64,000 nucleotides of DNA, taken from positions 1,792,001 to 1,856,000 of the forward strand of contig CAVTTL010000001.1 in the NCBI GenBank assembly GCA_963737635.1, written 5' to 3'. The notes beneath the pieces are model-generated. The model was not told the origin of the DNA and made no database searches. It saw nothing but the letters and a program-made list of their open reading frames with translations. Origin of the DNA: an uncultured Methanoregulaceae archaeon. GTDB lineage: Archaea > Halobacteriota > Methanomicrobia > Methanomicrobiales > Methanospirillaceae. This document shows, piece by piece, positions 17,958 through 27,567 of the stretch (position 1 is the stretch's first letter; each line of letters starts with the position of its first letter). Both the position numbers and the translations under genes were made by a program.

Positions 17958-20900
17958 TTACTTTGCATTGAAACTCCGGTACGCCTCTTTCGGTACGGTC
18001 AACTCAAATCGTGCTCCTTTATCTGGCTCTCCGGTTTCCCGGATGGTGATGCCGGTGATATTAAGAATTTCACGGGCAAGAAAGAGACCCATACCGGTGT
18101 TCCTGCCGAATCCTTGGCCAAAGATCATTTCTTTCTCATTTACCGGGATACCTACACCGTCATCTTCGCAGACGATGATCTGACTCCCATCACGATTTTC
18201 GACAGAGAACCGGATCGTAGTGATCTCCATCCCGTGCCGAACTGCATTGTCTATCAGATTGTAAAAGACCTCGAAAACCAGTGGATCCGCGAAGACTTCC
18301 GCTCCGGCAGGAAGATCGTTTTTCACCACGGGATCTCCAAACAGGATCTGCTTTGTTGCAGCATCAACAAGTGTATGGCAATTTTGCCAGAGCGGATCTT
18401 TGACTCCGATATTTTCGTATTCTTTGGAGAATTGGATCATGGTAGTAATGCGCTGAATGGAAAGGGTAGCCCTTTTGAAATATTCATTCGATGAGAGATC
18501 CGGCTGTTGTTCATTTATGAGTGTAATATATGCTTCCAATAGGGTAAGCTGGTTAGTGATATCGTGCCAGGTTATGCCTGAGAGGAGGTTGAATTTCTTG
18601 TTAGATTGGCGAAGCGCATCCTCGCTCTTTTTCAGCTCGTCAAACTGGTGCCGAAGTTCTTCTTCAGAAGCAGTGATCTGCTCATAGGAAATTCGCAGTT
18701 CTTCATCAGCTCTTGTTCGTTCAGTGATATCTTCGAGTGTTTCAACTGCACCGATGATATCCCCTTTAGAATCCCTGATGAGGGCGGCAGTGAAATGAAG
18801 CCAGATCCCGTGCCCTCCCATCCGCGGAAAAAAATCGGTCGCTTCATACGCGCCATCGACATATTTTGACTTGTTAAATTTCCCGGCATACAATTCCTGA
18901 ATTTTTTCCGGGGTATCCTTCATCAGAAGGTTCGACAGCACCGGTCGTTCCCGGTCATAGAATGCTTTCCAGGCATGCGTTGTACCGAGCACTTCTTTTG
19001 CCTTCACACCACTATATTCCTCAAGTGCCCGGTTCCAGCTGATGACCCGTTGGTTTTCATCGAGGACAAACTGCGGGATGGGGGATCCCTGAACAATTCC
19101 CTGAAGTTTTTGTTCGCTCTCACGAATTACCTGTTCGCGATCTTTGAGTTCATCATACTGGGCACGAAGTTCTTCCTCTGCAGCGGTAATCTGCTCATAG
19201 GCAGCCCGGAGTTCATTTTCGGCATTTTTCTTGTCGGTAGTGTCCCTGCCTACAGATTGGTATTCCCGGATGTGTCCGTTCTTATCGAAAATTGCCCGGT
19301 CGCTCCATCGCTGCCATCGAATGCTTCCATCCGGCATGATAATGCGATGTTCTACGCTATCGACTGGGCGATCCGGAGTTAAGGACTTGAAGAACCGTTT
19401 TACAAGATCCTGATCTTCCACGGGGATTTTTGGGCGGAACCGGTGCCCCATGATCTCTTCCCGTCTCATATCAAAATACCGGCAATATGCCTCATTGATA
19501 AAGACATGGGTGCCGTCCGGTCCGAACCGGCAGATGAATTCAGTCTGATCTTCCACTACGTTACGGTACCGTTCCTCGCTCTTGACAAGCGCCTGCTGGT
19601 TCCGGTTCAGCTCATCGTAGTTCTGGCGTAGTTCCTCCTCGGTTGCCGTCAGCTGCTCGTAAGTCTGCGTTCAGCTCGTCGTGCGTAGATCTCAGTTTCT
19701 CTTCGGCATTCTTTTGCTCGGTAATATCCGCCCCGACAGACTGGTACTCGGCAATACGGCCGTTCTTATCGAAAATTATCCGGTCGCTCCATCGCTGCCA
19801 GCAAATGCTTCCATCCGACATGATAATGCGATGTTCTATGCTATCGACCGGGTGATCCGGAGTTAAATATTCGAAGAACCGCTTTACAATCTCCTGATCT
19901 TCGACGGGGATTTTTGGCCTGAACCGATGTCCGACTATCTCCTCACGTTTCAGCCCGAAATACCGGCAGTATGCCTCGTTCACAAAGACATGGGTGCCGT
20001 CTGGTTTGAACCGTGAGATGAATTCAGTCTGGTCTTCCACTACGTTACGGTACCGTTCCTCGCTCTCCCGAATTACCTGTTCGTGGTACTTGAGTTCATC
20101 GTATTGGGCACGAAGTTCTTCCTCTGTCGCGGTAATCTGTTCATAGGCAGCCCGGAGTTCATTTTCGGCATTTTTCTTGTCGGTAGTGTCCCTGCCTACA
20201 GATTGGTATTCCCGGATGTGTCCGTTCTTATCGAAAATTGCCCGGTCGCTCCATCGCTGCCAGCAAATGCTTCCATCCGACATGATAATGCGATGTTCTA
20301 TGCTATCGACCGGGTGATCTGGAGTTAAGGATTCGAAGAACCGCTTTACACTCCCCCGATCTTCGACGGGAATTTTTGGCCTGAACCGGTGCCCGACTAT
20401 CTCCTCGCGTTTCAGCCCGAAATACCGGCAGTATGCCTCGTTGGCAAAGACATGGGTGCCGTCCGGTTTGAACCGTGAGATGAATTCAGTCTGGTCTTCC
20501 ACTACGTTACGGTACCGTTCCTCGCTCTCCCGAATTACCTGTCCCTGATGTGCCAGATCATCTAAATTGGAACGAAGTTCCTCTTCTATCGCAGTGATCT
20601 GTTCATACGAGGCATTGAGTTCCTCATTTTTCTTAAGAAGTTCTCCCCGCTCCAACTTCAGCGCGTCCTCAGCACGCCTGCGCGTTACGGATACCGGATC
20701 TTGTTTGAAAGCTCGGCAAACTGGCTCTTGGGTTCACCACCTTTCTGGAGATAGAAATCGGCCCCCTCGTTTAAGGCCTGGATAACAACCTCTTCACGCC
20801 CTCGTCCGGTGAAAAGGATAAACGGGATAGCATTGCCCGAAGATCTGATTTTCTTTAAAAATTCGATACCATCCATGTCCGGCATCTGATAATCAGAGAT

Positions 20901-21050
20901 GATGGCATCGTAGGCTTTTTCATTCAGAAGAGTAAGTGCAACCGGAGCAGAAGTAATGATATCAACACGGAACTCTCCGCTCCGCTCAAGAAAATGTTTG
21001 CCGACATCGAGCAAAACAGGTTCATCATCGACGTAGAGAATGGTATACAT
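17958..21050 (-). CDS. Hybrid sensor kinase REC-(PAS)x4-HisKA-HATPase, ~1030 aa, apparent frameshifts at ~20690 and ~19664
   Basis: ORF 20685..21050 is the REC domain (ILYVDDE, SDYQMPDMDG). ORFs 19612..20655 and 17958..19556 hold the PAS modules, H box ITWHDITNQL, NLIDNAVRHG, DDGVG and GMGLF. Confidence 0.88.
19120..20545 (-). repeat. Three tandem intragenic PAS-module repeats of ~460-485 bp
   Basis: The anchor ACTACGTTACGGTACCGTTCCTCGCTCT recurs at 19555, 20039 and 20501 (spacings 484 and 462). Confidence 0.9.
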
Positions 21051-21374
21051 GATGCAACACGGTAGTAGGCAATGGAATATTTGCTATACAGTTGTAAAAG
21101 GGTATTTATTTTAAGCCATTCCGATACGTTGACTGTCGGAAAGGGAATTTTTTGATGATATGAAAAACCGGTCACCGATGACCTACTTATCCCATAATAA
21201 GGCAATTTAAGGAAAACGTACTGACTATTTTTCTACCGATCTCAGAAAAACCATTGCAATATCAACCGCAAATCCCGAGTTTCTTGTGTATAGTGTGTGC
21301 GAATAAAAACAATCTGCGAAAGCAAAAAACTCTTTTACGGGCAGGAATAATATTCTAGAATTGAGGAAATTTTA

Positions 21375-21569
21375 ATGAGTTCACAAAAGTCGTCATCTGC
21401 GATCTCTAAATCCCAAATCAGCTTCATTTTCTTTATCATTGGCCTTGTCATGTTGATCATCCCGGAACTCAACGGTCTGGAGTTCCTGCCAATTAACATC
21501 CGCCAATTTTTTGCTATTCTTTTTTATCCGGGGATTGTGTGTTTTATCATCGGATACCTGCTGAAATAA
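21375..21569 (+). CDS. Small two-TM hypothetical protein
   Basis: GAGG RBS, 64 aa, two hydrophobic helices, fills an intergenic gap. Confidence 0.55.
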   Translation: MSSQKSSSAISKSQISFIFFIIGLVMLIIPELNGLEFLPINIRQFFAILFYPGIVCFIIGYLLK

Positions 21570-21572
21570 GAA

Positions 21573-24035
21573 TTATATCAGTGGAAATCGGAATGTTCCT
21601 TTTGGCACAAGGATTTCGAATCGCGCGCCTTTCCCCGGTATACTGTTCTCCCGGATGTCAATCTGCGTGATCAGGAGAATTTCACGCGTCATAAACAATC
21701 CAAGACCGGTATTCTTCCCAACTCCCCGCTCGAAGATATGTTCTTTTTCACTTGCGGGGATGCCGACGCCATCATCTTCAAATACAAGAGTAATCCCGTC
21801 GGCAGATTGCTTAAAATATATTGAGATTGTGGTCAGCGTCAACCCGTACCTGATGGAGTTGTCTATAAGATTGTAAAACACTTTTTCAAGTAACGGATCG
21901 GCATAGATCTCAACATTTTTCAGGTCAATAACAAAGTTAATGCCGGATTTGTTAAAATTCGGAAGGACACGATTGATAACATCGAGAACGTTCTGCCATT
22001 GCGGGATGTGGATCCCGACTTCCTGGTATTGTTTGGTAAAGTCAATCTGGCGCTGAATAAGTCTGACGAGATCTTTCACATCATTGAGGAGGTGTGTCCT
22101 CTCTTCAGTTGAAGTAGTGACTTTTGCCATATCAATAAGCCCGTACACACCCGTGATCGTATTGAGGATGTCATGCCGGGTGATGTTATTCATCAGGTTG
22201 AGCTTTTTGTTCGCAAGTGCGATCGCATCTTCAATCTTTTTGCGTTCCGTGATATCCGTAATGGTCCCTGCCCACCCGCTCAGGTTTCCTGCGGAATCAA
22301 AGAGGGGAGCACCTTGACCGTATAACCAGTATATGGATCTATCCGGCGAGATAAAACGGGTTTCAGACCCGACTATCTTTCTCTCCTTGATTGCGGCACT
22401 AATGTCTCCGAGCAGGCGCTGTTTGTCCGTGGGTTCGAGAATATCTGCCCAGTATTTTCCCAGTATAACTGATGATGCGATTCCGGTAATCTTTGAAAAG
22501 GTCTCATTTACAAAAATGACATGTCCCTGTCGATCTAACCTGAATACTCCTACCGGTGATGCCTGGAGGATACCGCTAAGCAGTTTTGTGTTCTCCTCGA
22601 GCTGCTCTTTGAGCAGGGTCCGATCGGTGATATCGACGACGACTCCACGGAACCCGGCAATGGTTCCCTGCCTTTTTATGGGAGAGGTCGATACCAGGGC
22701 CTTCATGATACTGCCATCGCCTTTTTTCAGGCCATACGTCTCTCCGGGGGATTTTCCTCCGGCCATAACGTTTGCAAGACCCTGCGTCATCTGCCCGATG
22801 TACTCAGGCAGGACATAGTCGCGGATATTTGTACCATCAGCAATTTTTTGTTTGGTCACACCAAATACATCAGCACCGGCGGTATTGATATAGAGAATTT
22901 TTCCTTCAAGGTCGATTTCAAAGATAGTCTGGGGCATAAGTTCAGCGAGTTCCCGGAACCGCGTTTCGCTAGCCTGGAGTCCCTGCTGGGTTTTTTCAAT
23001 TGTATCAAGCATCCGGTTGATCTCTCCGGCAAGTCCGGAAAATTCATCATCCCCGCCGATATTGATACGTTTTTTTATAGCATGATTATGACCTATTGAT
23101 TGAACCTGCTGGTTCAGGGCGCCAAGACGGGAAATGAGGATCCTGTTGAAAATTACCACAAAAACGAGGCCGAACACTAATCCAGTTGCAAGAATAATAT
23201 AAATAAAATTGCGGGTGGTAATGAGCCCTGTCTGGTAGATATTCCGGGGCTCGGAGAAACTGACGACCAGAGCATCGTTCCCATAAATATCCTTGATGAG
23301 AGCATAACCCTCTACTTGGCTTATACTATCCGGCAGGACAAGAAAATGATTCTCGCCCGGCTGTGCGTCCAGGCTCATACGCAGGTCTTCTGAAAAAGCG
23401 GGATCGGTCACAGGTGTAAGAGCCAGGGTTGGCCGGGTAAGTCCCGCCAGGTACCGCACTTCGTTGGCATCTAAGTACCTTCCCATGATTACAACTCCTG
23501 CGGGGGTTCCGGAAAAATTCGAATAAACGATCGGACGGGATGCGACTATCAGGGGATACGGTCGGGCAAGTATAATGCCGGTAGTCGCCTTCTGCGGATC
23601 TGACATATTCAGGAGCGGACTCCCCGGAGTTATCTGGTTGAGGATGGAATCGGGTACAGGAAACATGGTATTGTTTTTGAGGTCGTAGGCTCCCTGATAA
23701 ATAATTCCGCCCTGATTATTGACGATTATTATCAGGTTAAGACGCAGTTTCTCAAAAGTACCGGGAATCAGGTTGTCTGTTAGGTAGTCTGAATTATCGT
23801 CTTTTACAAAATTGTACGTGTCATCCCGTGATCCCCAGTCTGAAACGATAACAGACAGCGTGTTTTCGTCGTCATTGATCATTTGTATGGTCTGATCGAG
23901 GTCCTTGAAAACATACTGTTTTTCAAGCGAGGAGTAACTTGAAAGCACGACAAAAGAGGAGAATACACTGACCGCTATAAGCATCCCGATCAGGAGGATC
24001 AAGAAGCTGTACAGTGTCTTTTTCTCGAGTTGCAT
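21573..24035 (-). CDS. Membrane sensor histidine kinase CHASE4-HAMP-PAS-PAS-HisKA-HATPase
   Basis: TM, DWGSRDDTYNF (CHASE4-like), GDDEFSGLAGEINRML (HAMP), two PAS domains, ITRHDILN, NLIDNSIRYG, DDGVG, GLGLF. Confidence 0.9.
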   Translation of the reverse strand: MQLEKKTLYSFLILLIGMLIAVSVFSSFVVLSSYSSLEKQYVFKDLDQTIQMINDDENTLSVIVSDWGSRDDTYNFVKDDNSDYLTDNLIPGTFEKLRLNLIIIVNNQGGIIYQGAYDLKNNTMFPVPDSILNQITPGSPLLNMSDPQKATTGIILARPYPLIVASRPIVYSNFSGTPAGVVIMGRYLDANEVRYLAGLTRPTLALTPVTDPAFSEDLRMSLDAQPGENHFLVLPDSISQVEGYALIKDIYGNDALVVSFSEPRNIYQTGLITTRNFIYIILATGLVFGLVFVVIFNRILISRLGALNQQVQSIGHNHAIKKRINIGGDDEFSGLAGEINRMLDTIEKTQQGLQASETRFRELAELMPQTIFEIDLEGKILYINTAGADVFGVTKQKIADGTNIRDYVLPEYIGQMTQGLANVMAGGKSPGETYGLKKGDGSIMKALVSTSPIKRQGTIAGFRGVVVDITDRTLLKEQLEENTKLLSGILQASPVGVFRLDRQGHVIFVNETFSKITGIASSVILGKYWADILEPTDKQRLLGDISAAIKERKIVGSETRFISPDRSIYWLYGQGAPLFDSAGNLSGWAGTITDITERKKIEDAIALANKKLNLMNNITRHDILNTITGVYGLIDMAKVTTSTEERTHLLNDVKDLVRLIQRQIDFTKQYQEVGIHIPQWQNVLDVINRVLPNFNKSGINFVIDLKNVEIYADPLLEKVFYNLIDNSIRYGLTLTTISIYFKQSADGITLVFEDDGVGIPASEKEHIFERGVGKNTGLGLFMTREILLITQIDIRENSIPGKGARFEILVPKGTFRFPLI

Positions 24036-24306
24036 GCTGATCGAAATGTCCTTCTTTTTCGATTAAGGTTAATCCATCATATAATATTCGGAATATGGGT
24101 TTGAAGAAAGAGTACCGGATACATTAGTTAATTCGATCGATGAAAAGGAATTACCTCTCTGCCACTCTTCCCAGATCGGTTGAAATAAGGGGATAATGCC
24201 GGAAAAGGATGTTTTCCGGATCAACCTAAAAGAAGATTTCAGAACTGGGACGAATACCCGAGACGTATCAGTATACACCGGAGAAATATGACGTATTCGT
24301 TTCTTT

Positions 24307-24840
24307 TTACTTCTTCCTGGTAGATTTATCCTCCTTTTTCTCCGGCGTGGTTTTTCTTTCGATCTTTATTTCGCACTGTCGATCACCGGTACACATCGTG
24401 CGTACGAACCGGGTCGTGTAATTCCCGTTGAGAAGGGGTACTGCGGTAAGCGTGAGAGCCATGCACCGGGAAAATACATGCTCGTGATCAGCGGCAAGCA
24501 TGTGACTGTGGATCAGAAACGGGCAGTGTTTAACGAGCACTACTGCACCATCATCGGCAAGCTCAATGGTCTCCCCTCCGTACTCCGGGCCAAAGAGGAT
24601 GATCGTTGCATTCTGGATGCTCCGGGCGATCTCCGCCGCATTCTTTGTCGGGAAGGAGCAGTCGTGAACAATATCCCGGATCATACGGGCAAGTTCTATC
24701 CAGATTTCCCGCTCCAGTGCATCATACTCGTTTCCAAGCGCCTTACGGAATGCAATCTCATAAAACGCCGGGAGTTTGGAGGCGCACTCCGCAGCAAACC
24801 GCCATCGCACCGCGTCAGGAATGTCCTTTAAATCAGGCAT
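24307..24840 (-). CDS. Cys-containing V4R/ATC-hydrolase/methanogen output-like domain protein
   Basis: KHCPF, SRCM and MCTGDRQCEI pattern; family assignment tentative. Confidence 0.55.
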   Translation of the reverse strand: MPDLKDIPDAVRWRFAAECASKLPAFYEIAFRKALGNEYDALEREIWIELARMIRDIVHDCSFPTKNAAEIARSIQNATIILFGPEYGGETIELADDGAVVLVKHCPFLIHSHMLAADHEHVFSRCMALTLTAVPLLNGNYTTRFVRTMCTGDRQCEIKIERKTTPEKKEDKSTRKK

Positions 24841-24970
24841 AGTGTTTTCCTACGATGGTGTTGGGAAAAGGGTCATATCAATATGGCGGTAGGAACATGA
24901 TGGGGTATCGTATCTCCGGGAAAAACTGTTCGGAATTCGGAATTTAGCGTTCTTCCACACAAAAGCGGTC

Positions 24971-25849
24971 TTACTCTGCGAGCCGGTATACGTCTTTTTC
25001 TTTCCGGATAAAACCTTCGCGTTCCAGTGCTTTCAGGAGCGGGCGTACCCGCCCGGGTTTTTCCTCAACATGCCGGGCGATCGCTTCCTCCCTTGCGGGG
25101 GAATTCGAGAGAAGATAGGTCAGGATAAGGCCCCGGATACGCCGGCCGGATCCTGCAAAAGGCGCCTGTTTTACATATGCCGTGCTCCTGCGGTTAGGGT
25201 TTGGCACACGCTTTTTGAGATCTGTGCCAACATCCATCAACGCCCAATACCAGACCCGGGGATTATCCCGGTCAAGAGTCCTTTCAACGAGCGGCAGGAT
25301 ATCCGCATCAGTCACGTTGTCTCTGCCGGGAAAGAAGAAGTGGATGAAGACCCGGCGGATGTTTGTCTCGATAAAGACAACCGGAAGATTAAACGCAAAG
25401 GCGCAAATTGAGGATGCAGTTGCCGGACCGATCCCGGGAAAAGTAGCCAGCACATCCGGATCGTACGGGACTCTCCCGCCGTACTCGTTTACCACGCGTT
25501 CGGCACATTTTTTCAGGGCAACGGCCCGCCGGTTGTAGCCCATGCCCTGCCATACTGCAAGCACATCGGAAAGCGAAGCCCGGGCAAGTGCTGCACAATC
25601 CGGGAACGCTTCGATAAATACTGGGTACTTTACCCCTATCCGTTCCACTTGGGTCTGCTGGAGCATGATCTCGGAGACAAGGATCCGGTACGGGTCTGTC
25701 GTGTGGCGCCAGATCATGTCGTGCCGGCCGTGGCGCCGGTAGAATGAGAGAACCTGCTCGCGGAAATCCGCGACATTCTCATCCGACAGCTGATCGGCTG
25801 AAGAGACCGGGCCGGAATTGTCAAAACGGGACTGGGTGGTTTTTTTCAT
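24971..25849 (-). CDS. mutY: A/G-specific adenine glycosylase, short form without the Fe-S Cys motif
   Basis: WRHTTDPYRILVSEIMLQQTQV, WQGMGYNRRA, HhH FPGIGPATA, ETNIRRV. Confidence 0.88.
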   Translation of the reverse strand: MKKTTQSRFDNSGPVSSADQLSDENVADFREQVLSFYRRHGRHDMIWRHTTDPYRILVSEIMLQQTQVERIGVKYPVFIEAFPDCAALARASLSDVLAVWQGMGYNRRAVALKKCAERVVNEYGGRVPYDPDVLATFPGIGPATASSICAFAFNLPVVFIETNIRRVFIHFFFPGRDNVTDADILPLVERTLDRDNPRVWYWALMDVGTDLKKRVPNPNRRSTAYVKQAPFAGSGRRIRGLILTYLLSNSPAREEAIARHVEEKPGRVRPLLKALEREGFIRKEKDVYRLAE

Positions 25850-26012
25850 GGTATCCTAAGGAAGAACAGGTCGTTGTGATAGGGTTCTTTTCCGGGACAC
25901 TACATAACCGTTGGGATTCCTGCACAACACGCTCTTTTCCGGCACCCGACCGGTAAATGCCATCGCAATGCTCTTTATCCATGTTCCTCATATCATTGCA
26001 CCAGAGGCATAC

Positions 26013-27554
26013 ATGGACCAGGATCCTATCGGTAATTCCCAGTATTCTGGCGACGAGGGAAAGCGCGGGGACGAAGAACGGTTCATGCGCTGGAGAGACT
26101 GGCAGGATCAGGAGCAGGATACGCGGCTTGCAAAGATCCGTAGCAGTGTAGAGGCCGTCTTCTCCGAAGGCCTGATGATCGCGCTTTCGCTTATCCTCAT
26201 CCCGGTACTCATTATACCGGCGATCGTGGCTGTCCCTGATACGACGCGGCTTATCTTCAACACCATCGATGAAACAATCCTTGGCGTCTTCATTCTCGAA
26301 TACAGCTTCAGACTCGCATGTGCCACGGACCGCCGGCAGTTTATCTTAAATCCATGGCACCTGCTGGACCTCTTTATCATCGCTGTACCGGTGGGTGCCA
26401 TCGTTGTGGGATCATACCAGAAACTCACCGGATCGTTGAGGCTGCTCCGGCTGTTGCGCCTCACCCGGAGTGCGGCGCTTGGCACCCGGGTATACTCGCG
26501 CCAGGAATCGGGTTTGGAAAACGGTGGCGCTGCCACAGTTGCGCCGTCTCGTGAATGCACAGTCAGTACCCTTTACCCTGCCATTCCGGAGAATGGAGGG
26601 GGGGTGAATGCACGGCACCTCCGTGATATCCCGGATTCGGAGAGCGTTAACTTTGAAGGCCCCGAAACCAGCACGATATGGTATGATTTTACGTCAGTGC
26701 ACGAGACCGATCTCCTCAAGATCAATCGTCTGACCGGCGTATCGGCAAGCCTTCTTGAAGAGGCGATCAAGGAACGGGCGTTTCCCTGGGTACGGATACA
26801 CAAGAACCACGCCGCTGTCTATCTCAAGATTATGGAGAGCCGTAAGAACCCGGCCAATCCCAAGCAGATATTCATCGCATGGAAATGGATCCTCATTGTC
26901 AGCAGGGACCATATCCTGCTAACGTTCTCTTCGTCTCCGCTTTCAGCTCCGGAGACCCTTTCTCGCGAGGCACTCGCAGCCCGCGAAACCCTGACACCCG
27001 CTGAGATTACCTACCGGTTTTTCCAGAAGGCACTTTCCGGGATCGAAGAGACCCTCCGGGCCATAGAAGACGAACTTGAATACACGGGATCCTTGCCTAT
27101 CAGCAAACAGCCATCGAGTTTCCTTCCGGCAACCTTCAAGCTCAAAAAAGAGTCGGTCAAGATGCATTCCTGGCTCCTGCATACCAAAGATGTGCTCAAC
27201 GGCATCGTGACCGGAAAAGTGATCCTTCAAGGTATAGAAGACGGATCGCAATTTTCCGCCCTTCTTGACCGGGCGTCGTACCTGTACGATATCTCTGATG
27301 ATACTACGGAGAACGTATCGTCGCTGACCGATTACTACTTCAACTCGACCTCTTTCCAGATGGGAAGGGTGATGAAACTGATCGCCGTGCTCTCGGCACT
27401 CACTATCATCCCCACTGTCGTTGGCAGCCTTCTGGGTTCGAATCTCGCGGGCAACCCGTGGCCCATCTCTCTGGGGCAGCTGATCGTTCTTGTGGGCATT
27501 GCGATGTTCGCGACCGGGTGGGTGTATTACCAGCTTGGCTGGCTGAAGACCTGA
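26013..27554 (+). CDS. Fusion of a voltage-sensor-like domain (S1-S4) and a CorA-family cation transporter
   Basis: FILEYSFRL, NPWHLLDLFII and LRLLRLLRLTR, then a CorA-like cytoplasmic domain and MGRVMKLIAVLSALTIIPTVVGSLLGSN plus a second TM; start moved to ATG at 26013. Confidence 0.82.
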   Translation: MDQDPIGNSQYSGDEGKRGDEERFMRWRDWQDQEQDTRLAKIRSSVEAVFSEGLMIALSLILIPVLIIPAIVAVPDTTRLIFNTIDETILGVFILEYSFRLACATDRRQFILNPWHLLDLFIIAVPVGAIVVGSYQKLTGSLRLLRLLRLTRSAALGTRVYSRQESGLENGGAATVAPSRECTVSTLYPAIPENGGGVNARHLRDIPDSESVNFEGPETSTIWYDFTSVHETDLLKINRLTGVSASLLEEAIKERAFPWVRIHKNHAAVYLKIMESRKNPANPKQIFIAWKWILIVSRDHILLTFSSSPLSAPETLSREALAARETLTPAEITYRFFQKALSGIEETLRAIEDELEYTGSLPISKQPSSFLPATFKLKKESVKMHSWLLHTKDVLNGIVTGKVILQGIEDGSQFSALLDRASYLYDISDDTTENVSSLTDYYFNSTSFQMGRVMKLIAVLSALTIIPTVVGSLLGSNLAGNPWPISLGQLIVLVGIAMFATGWVYYQLGWLKT

Positions 27555-27567
27555 CCCGGTAACTGGA

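Noticed and set aside
19120-20545. CRISPR array or diversity-generating retroelement template/variable repeats
   Set aside because: The repeats are long in-frame PAS modules, the differences are not obviously adenine-specific, and no reverse transcriptase or cas gene is present.
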